This document shows positions 1 to 9,921 of a stretch of DNA of 64,000 nt, one piece after another. Position 1 is the first letter of the stretch. The number at the start of each line of letters is the position of its first letter. The notes beneath the pieces were generated by a model. That model ran no database searches. It was not told the DNA's origin and saw only the letters and a list, made by a program, of their open reading frames with translations. Origin of the DNA: an uncultured bacterium (GTDB taxonomy: Bacteria > Margulisbacteria > WOR-1 > CAVSGV01); the NCBI GenBank assembly GCA_963768305.1, contig CAVYHE010000009.1, forward strand, positions 1-64,000. Reading direction: 5' to 3'. The translations under genes were made by a program, and so were the position numbers.

Positions 1-15
1 CTGTTTAGCTGTCAT
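1..15 (-). CDS. groEL: Chaperonin GroEL, first 5 codons (runs off window)
   Basis: GGAGG SD then ATG ACA GCT AAA CAG (MTAKQ) directly downstream of groES. Confidence 0.8.
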
Positions 16-36
16 TTTTATCAAACCTCCTGTCTC

Positions 37-64
37 TTAACTTTTAACTCTTAACCTTTAACTG
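37..64. repeat. Heptamer tandem repeat TTAACNN x4
   Basis: TTAACTT TTAACTC TTAACCT TTAACTG overlapping the groES stop. Confidence 0.6.
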
Positions 65-341
65 CCAGAATGTCTCTCTCGCTCAAAATAACGAATTCTT
101 CGTTCTCTATCTTGACTTCAGTCCCGCCGTACTTGGAATAAATTATCTTATCCCCTACTTTCACTTCCAGCGGAAATCTCTGCCCGTTGCTTATCTCTCC
201 CGTTCCCACCGCTATGACCGTGCCTTCCTGCGGTTTTTCCTTCGCTGAGTCCGGAAGAACTATCCCTGATTTCGTCTTCTCTTCCGCCGGTTCCGGTTTC
301 ACTATTACCTTGTCCCTTAATGGTGTAAGTTTCTTTGCCAA
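51..341 (-). CDS. groES: Co-chaperonin GroES
   Basis: [59 protein letters not shown] start at 341 after AAGGAGG. Confidence 0.97.
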   Translation of the reverse strand: MAKKLTPLRDKVIVKPEPAEEKTKSGIVLPDSAKEKPQEGTVIAVGTGEISNGQRFPLEVKVGDKIIYSKYGGTEVKIENEEFVILSERDILAVKG

Positions 342-364
342 ATAAATCCCTCCTTTTTTATGAA

Positions 365-391
365 TTAGCACTCCATCAACACGAGTGCTAA
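365..391. promoter_or_regulatory. CIRCE element (HrcA operator)
   Basis: Perfect TTAGCACTC-N9-GAGTGCTAA upstream of groES. Confidence 0.97.
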
Positions 392-419
392 TTATACGGG
401 TTCCTCAAAAAACTGTCAA
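391..419 (-). promoter_or_regulatory. sigma70-type promoter of groES-groEL
   Basis: Minus strand TTGACA (419-414), 17 nt spacer, TATAAT (396-391). Confidence 0.9.
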
Positions 420-451
420 GAGGCAATTTAAGTTATGATATAATATCCGGC

Positions 452-1386
452 ATGATAATAGGCGTGGACCTTGGCGGAACGAAAATACTCACAGCGCTTG
501 CAGATTCAAAAGGCGGGATCCTCTCTATCGTGAAGATCGATACTGAATCGGCATCGGGCCCCGAAAAGGTCCTCTCAAATATCACCAGGTCCATCGTCCT
601 TGCCGCAAAACAGGCCAAGGTCCCGATGTCAAGAATATCAAGGATCGGCATAGGAGCGCCCGGCCCGATCCTGGCAAAGCCATAATAGTCTCCCCTCCCA
701 ATCTCCCCGGCTGGAAGAACGTGAACATCAAATCCATACTTCAAAAAAAGCTGAAAAAACACGTCCGGGTTGAAAATGACGCTAATGCCGCGGCATTGGG
801 CGAGCTTTATTTCGGCGCGGGAAAAGGATTCAAGAACCTTGTATACATTACTATAAGCACCGGGATCGGCGCCGGAATAATAATTGACGGGAAGATATAC
901 AGAGGCGTGCTCGGCACAGCTGGAGAAGTGGGACATATGGTGATCGATCCTAAAGGCCCGAAATGCGGATGCGGAAAGCGCGGCTGCCTGGAAGCTCTGG
1001 CCGCGGGGCCGGCGATAGCGAAGATGGCCGGAAAAAAGAACGCAGTGGAAGTTGATGCCGCGGCAAAGCGCGGCGACAAAAGGTCCATAAAAGTAATAGA
1101 AACTGCCGCTAAATACATCGGGATAGGCATAGGAAATATCAATAATATCCTCAATCCGGATATTTTTGTCATAGGCGGAGGGGTTTCGAACATCGGGAGC
1201 TTATTGTTGGATCCGATCAAATATTGGGCAAAAGAATATTCAATGGATGCTGCAAAGAAATCCCTGTTAATTGTTCCCGCAAAACTGAAGAATAACGCTG
1301 GCGTAATGGGGGCGATCGCAATGTGCTTGGGAAGCCTGCCCCGACGAAGCTCTGCGAGAGCAGAGCGAAGGCGGGGTGACGAATAA
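452..1386 (+). CDS. ROK-family sugar kinase (glucokinase-like), one frameshift near 673
   Basis: IGVDLGGTK, GIGAPGP, ENDANAAALGE, GTGIGAG, GEVGH, CGCGKRGCLE; ORFs 452-685 and 721-1386 join on adding one base. Confidence 0.9.
1335..1376. repeat. REP-like palindromic element read through by the ROK C-terminus
   Basis: CCCCG..CTCTGC-GAGA-GCAGAG..CGGGG nested hairpin; encodes an atypical RRSSARAERRRG tail. Confidence 0.55.
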
Positions 1387-2017
1387 GGTTATGATTGTAA
1401 TTATCGATTATGGGATGGGGAACCTGAGGAGCGTTGAGAAGGCGCTCATAAAACTTGGCCATCGAGCGATCATCACCAGGGACAAAAATGAAATAAAAAG
1501 CGCGTCGGGCATCGTTCTTCCAGGCGTTGGAGCCTTTGATGCCGCCATATCGGAATTAAGGGCTTCGAACATTGAAGGCACTATCATTGAAGAAATAGCC
1601 ATGGGCAAGCCGTTCCTGGGAATATGCCTCGGGTTGCAACTTTTATTCGATGAAAGCGAAGAAGGAATGTCAAAAGGGCTTGGCATATTGTCAGGTAAAG
1701 TGAAAAAATTCAACTTTAAAGCTCCGTTTTCAAAATTGAAGGTCCCGCAGATGGGCTGGAACTCCATCAACATCAAAAAGCCCGCCCCTTATTATGAAAG
1801 CGTGGAGAACGGCTCGATGATGTACTTTGTTCACTCATATTATGTCGTTCCGGCTGATGAAACCGTCATAGCCACAACGACGGAATACGGTACCGACTTC
1901 TGCTCATCTATCACAAAGGATAATATTTTCGGCGTGCAGTTCCACATAGAAAAAAGCGGGGATGTGGGCCTAAAGGTCCTGGATAACTTCGCGAGGACGT
2001 GCAAGAAACATGTTTGA
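1376..2017 (+). CDS. hisH: Imidazole glycerol phosphate synthase glutaminase subunit (start possibly ATG 1391)
   Basis: IIDYGMGNLRSV, LPGVGAF, GICLGLQLL, YFVHSY, QFHIEKS. Confidence 0.96.
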   Translation: MTNKVMIVIIDYGMGNLRSVEKALIKLGHRAIITRDKNEIKSASGIVLPGVGAFDAAISELRASNIEGTIIEEIAMGKPFLGICLGLQLLFDESEEGMSKGLGILSGKVKKFNFKAPFSKLKVPQMGWNSINIKKPAPYYESVENGSMMYFVHSYYVVPADETVIATTTEYGTDFCSSITKDNIFGVQFHIEKSGDVGLKVLDNFARTCKKHV

Positions 2018-2726
2018 TGTCATACCGGCGGTGGACATACTTGACGGAAAATGCGTGCGACTTTTCCAGGGAAAATTTGACGCGGAAACTATTTATAAAA
2101 TCACGCCGCTTGAAGCCGCACAAAAATGGATATCGCTGGGCGCCAAATGGATGCACCTTGTTGACCTGAACGGCGCAAAAACCGGCTATCAGGAAAACCT
2201 GGAGATCATCCGCGAGATAATCGAATCGTCAGACATCAACTTTGAAGTCAGCGGCGGAGTGAGGAATATCGAGACCATCAAATTCCTTCTCGGCTGCGGC
2301 GCGGCAAGAGTGATAGTCGGCACAAGATCGGTCGTCGATAAATATTTCGTTAAAACAATCGCCAAAAAGTTCGGTGAAAAGATCGCGGTGGGAGTGGACG
2401 CATCGGGAGGGCGCGTCGCGACGGACGGCTGGACAAATGTGACCGATATCGACGCAAAGACCTTTGCGAAAGACCTGGAAGATATCGGGGTGAAAAAAAT
2501 AATTTATACGGATACATCCCGCGACGGCGCGCTGAAAGGCCCGAACTTTGAAGCCATCGAAGACCTGGCTTCATCCATAAAGATCCCCGTCATCGCTTCC
2601 GGCGGAATAACCACACTGGACGATATCAGAAAATTGAAATTGATCGGCGGCGTGGAAGGTTGCATCATCGGCAAAGCTCTGTATGAAGGAAAGTTCTCCC
2701 TTGAAGAAGCCCTCAAAATAAAGTAA
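2010..2726 (+). CDS. hisA: ProFAR isomerase
   Basis: VIPAVDILDGKCVRLFQG, HLVDLNGA, GGVR, YTDTSRDG, ASGGI, GKALYEG. Confidence 0.96.
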   Translation: MFDVIPAVDILDGKCVRLFQGKFDAETIYKITPLEAAQKWISLGAKWMHLVDLNGAKTGYQENLEIIREIIESSDINFEVSGGVRNIETIKFLLGCGAARVIVGTRSVVDKYFVKTIAKKFGEKIAVGVDASGGRVATDGWTNVTDIDAKTFAKDLEDIGVKKIIYTDTSRDGALKGPNFEAIEDLASSIKIPVIASGGITTLDDIRKLKLIGGVEGCIIGKALYEGKFSLEEALKIK

Positions 2727-2740
2727 AATCTTATTTTCAT

Positions 2741-4529
2741 ATGGTTCAATCAAATCATAAAGAACTCAACAGATGGATCCAGCCAGATGGCGGCGCTGTG
2801 CCATCCGGACCGCATTATCTGGATAGACGGGTCCAAAGAACAGGAAAATGAGCTTACAAAAGAAGCTCTTGCCACAGGCGAAATGATAGAACTGAACAAG
2901 CAAAAACTTCCCGGCTGCCTGTATCACAGAACCGCCCTGAATGACGTTGCAAGGACCGAGCACCTGACATATATCTGCACAAAAAAACATGAAGACGCAG
3001 GGCCCACGAACAACTGGATGCCCCCCGCCGAAGCGTATGCGAAAGCAAAAGGATATTTCAGCGGATCCATGAAAGGCCGCACAATGTACGTCATCCCATT
3101 TTCAATGGGCCCCGTAGGCTCCCCTTTCAGCAAGATCGGCGTTGAACTTACCGACAGCATATATGTGGTTCTGAACATGCTCATAATGACACGGGTCGGC
3201 AACAAAGTCCTGGAAAAGCTCGGTACTGAAGGGGAATTCACAAAAGGCCTTCACAGCAAGGCCGACCTGGACGTCAATAAAAGGCTTATCCTTCATTTCC
3301 CGGAAGACAACACGATATGGAGCGTTGGAAGCGGGTACGGCGGGAACGTACTTCTGGGGAAGAAATGCCTCGCTTTAAGGATAGCGAGCTATCAGGCAAA
3401 AGAAGAGAACTGGATGGCCGAGCATATGCTGATAATGGGCATTGAAGATCCCAGCGGATACATCGGCTATATCGCGGCGGCATTTCCATCCGCCTGCGGA
3501 AAAACAAATCTTGCCATGCTTATTCCGCCGAAGGGTCTCCAAGTTAAAGGATACCGCATCTGGACGGTAGGTGATGACATCGCATGGATGAGAGTTGATA
3601 CCGACGGTTCTTTGTGGGCGATAAATCCGGAAACTGGGTTTTTCGGCGTTGCTCCGGGGACGAACAGCAAAACGAATCCGAACGCGGTGGCAACCATACA
3701 AAAGAATACCATCTTCACGAACGTTCTCCTGAAAAAGGACCGCACTGTCTGGTGGGAAGGCGCCGACGGAAATGTCCCGAAAGAAGGAACGGATTGGACG
3801 GGAAAACCGTGGAAGCCCGGGCAGGTGGATGAAGGCGGAAATCCCATAAGGGGAGCTCATCCTAATAGTAGATTTACCGCTCCCATAGCCCAATGTCCGT
3901 CGATAACCAACAGGATAGAGCATCATCACGGCGTGCCGATAAGCGCGATAATATTCGGCGGCAGGCGCGCGACCACGGCCCCTCTGGTCTACGAAGCCAC
4001 AACATGGCAGCACGGCGTTTTTATCGGCGCGACAATGGCATCCGAAAGGACAGCGGCGCAATACGGAAAACAGGGCGAAGTAAGGCGCGATCCCATGGCG
4101 ATGCTGCCGTTCTGCGGATACAACATGGCGGATTATTTCCGCCACTGGCTGAAAATGGGAAAGCTGATGACACGGCCTCCGAAGATATTCCATGTGAACT
4201 GGTTCAGGACCGACGAGAACGGGAATTTCCTCTGGCCGGGATACGGCGAGAACCTGAGGGTGCTTGAGTGGGTGATCGGCCGCTGCAGGTCAAAGGTGGA
4301 CGCCGTGCAGACGCCTATCGGATATATCCCGAACATGAAAGACCTGGACATGACCGGATTAAAACTCCCGAAGAACGCGCTTAAGAAGCTTTTTGAGATA
4401 AAGAAGCAGGAGTGGCTGGCGGAAGTGGAAGCCCAGAAAAAGTTCTTTGCGATATTCGGAAAGAACTTTCCAAAAGAGATATTGCAGGAACACCACGCTC
4501 TTGAAAAAAGGATAAAAAAAGAGCTCTGA
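2741..4529 (+). CDS. pckG: GTP-dependent phosphoenolpyruvate carboxykinase (N-terminal frameshift near 2778; intact ORF from 2787)
   Basis: GSGYGGNVLLGKKCLALR, AFPSACGKTNLAM, VGDDIAWM, AHPNSRFT, RRDPMAMLPFCGYN. Confidence 0.96.
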
Positions 4530-4532
4530 TTC

Positions 4533-5172
4533 ATGGCCAACACACGATTATTCCTTCTCCGCCACGGAGAGACCCAGGCCAACCTGGAACAGCGATATCA
4601 GGGTCAGGGCGATTCCCACTTAAGCGAGCTTGGCATTGACGAATCTGAAGCCCTTTCCAAATTCCTGGCAAAAGAGGATTTTGCCGCCGTATATTCATCA
4701 ACATTAGCAAGGTCATATGAAACTGCGAAGATAGTTGCTAATCCCCATAAGCTGGAAGTTGCAAAGATAGAAGACCTGATGGAGCGGAATTACGGCATCT
4801 GGGAAGGCCTGACATTTGAGGAGATAAAGAAAAGGTTCCGTGATCTTTACGGAAGCTGGCTGATCGACCCGGGAAAGACGCTCATTCCTAACGCCGAACC
4901 CCTTGCATCCATGCAAAAACGGGGGGTTGCTGCGATCGAAGCCCTCATAGACAAGCATAACGGAAAAACCATCTGCGTGGCGGGCCACGGCGGGCTGAAC
5001 AGGGCCATTCTATTCCACTACATGCATATTGACCTGAACAATTTCTGGAGGATACGGCAGGATAACTGCTGCGTGAACATCATTGAATTCGACCAAGTTC
5101 CCGATAATTACGCTTCTCAACAGCACTGCGTTCTTGGGCGAAAAAAAGGTCAAAAGCGGCGGGGTGTATTAG
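4533..5172 (+). CDS. Histidine phosphatase (phosphoglycerate mutase/CobC-like), frameshift near 5101
   Basis: LLRHGET..N..YQGQGD motif, GHGG; removing one C gives the family-typical end ..ITLLNSTAFL..VY* at 5172. Confidence 0.88.
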
Positions 5173-5193
5173 GAATTAAGTATCGGATTCGGC

Positions 5194-6213
5194 TTATTGA
5201 TCTGTTCCAGTATATTCGCGAGGATCTTCAGCTTTTCGTCTTCCGGGACCGTATCCAATTTCTCTGCATAATGCTTCAATAGAGCTTATTTTTTCCGTGG
5301 CTTTCCTGATGGCGACTTTCAATTCCTGAACATTCTGATCTTTATTTTCTTTTAAAAGTTTATCATACGCCAGTTTATCGGCCTGCCTGTTCATTTCGTT
5401 ATTTTGTTCGATCTTATCCAGGACCGCCTGTGTGATATCGGAACTTAAAGCGGCAAGCTTAAGCAGATTTAAATTATCCACGAACTTTAGAGCGTTTGCA
5501 TAATCAAGTACAGAGGCATTTCCGGGCGGCAATATTTTATCTGCGATTGTCCGAGAAAGAGCCGCATTGTGGGCGTCGATCTTTGCCAACATATCCGCTC
5601 TGCCGCCGGCAATTTGGTGCAACTCGCTGTCGATCCTCGAAATCTGCGGCATCGCTTGTCTTATTTCATCGGAAGACATCTGCCCTACTATGTTCTTTTC
5701 CGCTGACATGGATTCGAGCGTTAAATCATCCATCTCGGATGAAACACCTATAACTTCTCCGACAGTCTCGGCGCCATCCAATAGATCAGCTACTGCCTCT
5801 AATTTTTCTCCGCAATCCGCCATTTGCCCGGCCCATGCTAATATAGCGTCAGCCTTAACGATCTTTCCCGCCATCTTTTGATCTAAGATCGAAATAATCC
5901 TTTGAACGTTCTGATCTGAATACCCCTTTTCTTGTAACTTTGCGATAACTTTATCTCTGTTTTGAAAATAGCTGACGGCGTGTTCTTCCATAGCGGTTGC
6001 ATGTTCGGTCAAAATATTCGCCTGATTTTTCAGATTTTCCGATTTTTCTCTTAACTTTTGGCTTTCAGCAGATATTAATACTTTATCTTGATTCTGAACA
6101 ATGATCGGAGCCATTTCAGAGCCTGAATTGCCCGTGCCTTTCTTGTTCGCAACACCATTCATTATTGGAGTTGGACTTATTAATTTTTTATCTACTCTGA
6201 CTGACCCTTCCAT
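5194..6213 (-). CDS. Hypothetical alpha-helical/coiled-coil protein (339 aa)
   Basis: Long ORF, GAGGGG SD, 14 nt downstream of the 888-aa gene. Confidence 0.8.
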   Translation of the reverse strand: MEGSVRVDKKLISPTPIMNGVANKKGTGNSGSEMAPIIVQNQDKVLISAESQKLREKSENLKNQANILTEHATAMEEHAVSYFQNRDKVIAKLQEKGYSDQNVQRIISILDQKMAGKIVKADAILAWAGQMADCGEKLEAVADLLDGAETVGEVIGVSSEMDDLTLESMSAEKNIVGQMSSDEIRQAMPQISRIDSELHQIAGGRADMLAKIDAHNAALSRTIADKILPPGNASVLDYANALKFVDNLNLLKLAALSSDITQAVLDKIEQNNEMNRQADKLAYDKLLKENKDQNVQELKVAIRKATEKISSIEALCREIGYGPGRRKAEDPREYTGTDQ

Positions 6214-6227
6214 TTTATTCCCCTCTT

Positions 6228-8894
6228 TTACGCGCTCTCCTTAACCGCTTTTTGGTTGTTCTGGTGCCGGTAAACGACTTCTTCGATGTCCTCGCCCACC
6301 CCGTGGCTGAAACCGGATTCCTCTTTCAGCCGCTGGATCAATTTGACCATCATCGGGACCTTTTTCTCAAGGGACGGATGCTCATGGTTCTCAAGTATCG
6401 AGACCGCCGATTTCAGTTCAATAATAGCGTGATCATGCATCATCCTGTTCGCGTCATCCCTTAAATAATCAAGCTCTTCCTTGCTTATAGCCATGTCAAG
6501 GTTGCCAAGGTTGGAGACAAGGCCTTTTATCTTGTTCTTGAGCAGGCCGTAAGCGGGGCCGGAAAGCTCGTAATATGTGGACCTTTCGATGAACGATCCT
6601 TTCAGCATCTCCAGCGTCCTGTACCTCGCCAGAGCTTTCGCTTCTTTCTCTATCTTCATGAAATCTTCGGTCTCGAGCCCCAATTTAATGAGCCCGTTCT
6701 TCAGCTTCCTTATCTTCGGCGAGAAGCTGAACACCGCGAACGGATCTCCTGTTAACGCCCTCTTCATCATTTCAGCCCTTAGCTGGTTTATCAAAAGCTC
6801 CCTTTCCTCGTCCTTTGTCATTTCGTATCCGTGCTTATCGTTCACTCCGCCTGCGCTGACCTCCCCTATTGATATCTTGTTGGGATCCTGCGCCATTTCC
6901 GCATTCTGGGCCTCAAGTACGAACAACCCGAGATCGAATTTTTTCTGCTCCCATGTTTTCAGGAAAGCGTTAAAGTTAAAGCCGACCTTATGACCAAGAT
7001 CGACAAGTTTTTTGACTTCCATCCTGTTGTCTTTTCCGGAAAGATGGCGTTCCATAAGTCGGGATTCAACGGCTTCTTTCACGAAATCCTTTATCTCCTG
7101 ATGCGATACCCTGGCGATGTTCGCCATCTGTTCTTTTACGCTTTCCGGATCGGCGCTTATGCCTGTGAGCTGCTGCGCTTTCACAGCTTCTTCATAAGCG
7201 TTGTTCAGCTGCTTGGATGTTACGACGAACTGGAAACTCTTCTTTGACGAGAACATGTGATTTGTGAAGCTGTCCTGAATGTCCGATACGTACCCGGACT
7301 TTAAGGAACCCTTCACAGCTTTTTCTATGCTTCTGATATCTTGATCGGAAACACCCTTCTTTTTCAGATTATCCTTTGCGTCTTCCAGCTTTTCCCTTGC
7401 TTCCGGCGACGCCGCGGCGGCAAATTGCGCGAAAACGCTGGAAAACTGCTGGACCGCTTCACGCATCTCTTTAGCATCGTTCAAATTCCTTACGCTTGAT
7501 CGATCTTCCCCCTCATGATGCTTTTCCCCTTTTCTTTCAACGCGCCCTGTCTTATTATTGTCCTCATGGAGCTGTTCATCCCTGGCTTCATCCAGCTTCC
7601 TTCTTATCTCCGGCGAAGCGGCGATTATATATTGGGCGGAATGCTGGGTATTCTGCGGAGATGTTTCTTTGGCGGAAAAGGAACTGTAAGTGTTTTCAGA
7701 CTTTTCATTTCCCGCTTTTTTCTCGCGAAGATCGGACTGCAAAGCTTTTTCTTGCTGTTTTTCCTCTCCAACCTTGATCGTAAAAACTTCTTTCTGCGGA
7801 ATAACATCTTTTGTTTTAACGACATCCTCTTTAATGGTCTGTTCCAGCATGTTAAGTCTTTCGTCTTGATCATCGGATCTGGCGGCAACTTGGTCCTCCG
7901 ACTTTGAAACCAATTGAAAAGCATTTTTGGACGCGATCACCTGCTGGATAAGATCATCGTGCACTTTTGACGCATCCAGGTTCCCGTTTTGCTCATCAGA
8001 TCTGGCGGCGATCTGTTCATCCTGCTTCGCAAAAATTTGACCCTCTGACTTTGCGACCATTTGAGATGTGATCATCTGCTGGACAAGATCATCATGCACT
8101 TTTGACGCATTCTGGTTCCCGCTTTGTTCATTCTGCTTTGCAAAGACCTGATCCTCCGACTTTGCCACCATTTGGAAAGCGTCCTTGGGGGTAATGACCT
8201 GCCTGATGAAATTTTCCTGCATCTTTGAAAGGAAATCGGTCTTTAATGACCTCTCCACTGATTTATCCAAGGTCTCTATGTCCTTTTCGGAGAACCCTTT
8301 TTGCTTTAAAGTCTCTTGGGCATCCCTCAGCTTGTCTTTTGCTTCCGGATCCGAAAGAAGGGTCTCCTCCGCGTAGGCCGCGGAATATTTCTGGACCGCT
8401 TCTTTGACATCGGAAGCCTTCAAAAGCATCCTTATGTCCGACTGCCTTGACTGATCGCCCGATCTCTCTTCCTGCTGCTTCTCCTGCCTGTTCTGCATTT
8501 TTCTTACCGCATCCTTGGTGAGGTCGAGCTTGTCCCCTTTAAGCAGGGATTGACTGATCTGTTCGAGTTCGTCAGTGATCTTGCTGTTAAGCGATTTTTT
8601 ATCCATTTTCGGAGTGAGGTCTATGCCCAGGGCCGCGAGATCCTTCGCCAAATTGGAGAGAACTTTTATTCCCGGATCTTTTTGAAGTTTTGCCTGATAT
8701 GCTTTTTCTCCCCTGAGGGTTTCCACGCGTTTCGCGTCGGAGATGATGTTCTCATAAGTGTTCATGTCCATGTTCTGCTGCATTTTTTTGAGGTCCGCGA
8801 TCTTCTGCAGCTCGCGCATGACGGCGGCATTATCGGTTTCTTTCGCCTGATCCGCCCTTTTTGTTTGATTTATTTGATCCGTGCTTAATACCAT
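6228..8894 (-). CDS. Hypothetical 888-aa helical protein with internal repeats
   Basis: Long ORF, AGGTG SD, preceded by the conserved promoter motif; duplicated ~85-aa block. Confidence 0.85.
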   Translation of the reverse strand: MVLSTDQINQTKRADQAKETDNAAVMRELQKIADLKKMQQNMDMNTYENIISDAKRVETLRGEKAYQAKLQKDPGIKVLSNLAKDLAALGIDLTPKMDKKSLNSKITDELEQISQSLLKGDKLDLTKDAVRKMQNRQEKQQEERSGDQSRQSDIRMLLKASDVKEAVQKYSAAYAEETLLSDPEAKDKLRDAQETLKQKGFSEKDIETLDKSVERSLKTDFLSKMQENFIRQVITPKDAFQMVAKSEDQVFAKQNEQSGNQNASKVHDDLVQQMITSQMVAKSEGQIFAKQDEQIAARSDEQNGNLDASKVHDDLIQQVIASKNAFQLVSKSEDQVAARSDDQDERLNMLEQTIKEDVVKTKDVIPQKEVFTIKVGEEKQQEKALQSDLREKKAGNEKSENTYSSFSAKETSPQNTQHSAQYIIAASPEIRRKLDEARDEQLHEDNNKTGRVERKGEKHHEGEDRSSVRNLNDAKEMREAVQQFSSVFAQFAAAASPEAREKLEDAKDNLKKKGVSDQDIRSIEKAVKGSLKSGYVSDIQDSFTNHMFSSKKSFQFVVTSKQLNNAYEEAVKAQQLTGISADPESVKEQMANIARVSHQEIKDFVKEAVESRLMERHLSGKDNRMEVKKLVDLGHKVGFNFNAFLKTWEQKKFDLGLFVLEAQNAEMAQDPNKISIGEVSAGGVNDKHGYEMTKDEERELLINQLRAEMMKRALTGDPFAVFSFSPKIRKLKNGLIKLGLETEDFMKIEKEAKALARYRTLEMLKGSFIERSTYYELSGPAYGLLKNKIKGLVSNLGNLDMAISKEELDYLRDDANRMMHDHAIIELKSAVSILENHEHPSLEKKVPMMVKLIQRLKEESGFSHGVGEDIEEVVYRHQNNQKAVKESA

Positions 8895-8941
8895 TTTTCA
8901 CCTTTCAAAGCGCGTTAACTTACACTCTCTCCCACCTATAT

Positions 8942-8969
8942 TATCGTGTTTTGGAGCCAAAAACTTGCA
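8942..8969 (-). promoter_or_regulatory. sigma28-like promoter, copy 1
   Basis: Minus strand TGCAAGTTT-N14-CGATA upstream of ATG 8894. Confidence 0.75.
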
Positions 8970-8991
8970 TAAAACCCTGTGGAAATGAGGT

Positions 8992-9386
8992 CTATCTATG
9001 GACAGATATTCTGGGAGTGTGGACCAATTTTTTCGCGGCTTCCTTTGCCTTTTCTCTGTTCGGAGAGGCTTTTTCAGCCATTTTATTGACATTCCTGCCG
9101 TACTTGTCGATGGTCCTTTGTGCTCTATTGATATAGGTCTGGATCTTTTCCAGCTTTATCGTGCTTTCCTTGTCCAGCTTGCCTTTCATGAAGAGCTCAT
9201 ATTCAAGGTTCAGCCTTTCGGAATTAAGGTCATCAAGGATCTTTTTGCGGCGTCCATTTTCATGGACTCAAAATTGAGCTCGGAAAACCTGTCATCTATC
9301 CCGAGCTTTTTGGCCTTTATGTGAAGCTGGCCTTTGATCTCTGTCAGGATCCTCTGCTGGGCTTTTTTCTGCTTTTTCGTGGCCAT
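8992..9386 (-). CDS. Hypothetical basic protein (~131 aa), frameshift in an A-run near 9243
   Basis: MATKKQKKAQQRILTEIKGQL.. joins ORF 8992-9189 on adding one A; extended -10 TGATATAAT just upstream. Confidence 0.65.
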
Positions 9387-9425
9387 TTGGATTATATTAT
9401 ATCACAATGAAGCGGGGCATTGAGG

Positions 9426-9920
9426 TTATGAAGCGTATATTTCGTATTCAGCGTATGCTGTGGCAAGCCGTTCATAGCCCGCCTGGACCTTGCCCTTTGC
9501 CTGCTCGTAAGCTTTCTTCCTTATGGCTTCAAGTTCCGCGGGATCGGCGCCAAGAAGGCCCAGGAGGGAATTGCAGGTATTCACCTTGAACCCGTAGAAA
9601 GCTTCGGCAAGCATGTTATGGGCGTTATCGTAGCGGTCCTCCAGCGACTTTTCCAAGCGTTCCTTTAGAGACTCTACTGTCGGCTGGTATTTTTTCTTTG
9701 CTTTGGAAACCTCATCCTGCTCCGCCATGGCGGCGACATATTCGTCGATATTCGGGTTCGCCATGTCCGCGATCTTTTCGCCGAAAATATTGCCCTTTTC
9801 CTTTGATATGAAGTTCTCGTCATCGACTCTCTTGTTATTCGAAGCAACCTGCTTCACTACCGCGTACTGCTTTGAGGCAGTATTTGCGAGCCCGACATTT
9901 GTAGATAGATTTGCGGTCAT
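9426..9920 (-). CDS. Hypothetical protein (164 aa)
   Basis: ORF begins 1 nt after the stop of the 603-aa gene, with AAGGTG SD. Confidence 0.8.
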   Translation of the reverse strand: MTANLSTNVGLANTASKQYAVVKQVASNNKRVDDENFISKEKGNIFGEKIADMANPNIDEYVAAMAEQDEVSKAKKKYQPTVESLKERLEKSLEDRYDNAHNMLAEAFYGFKVNTCNSLLGLLGADPAELEAIRKKAYEQAKGKVQAGYERLATAYAEYEIYAS

Positions 9921-9921
9921 C

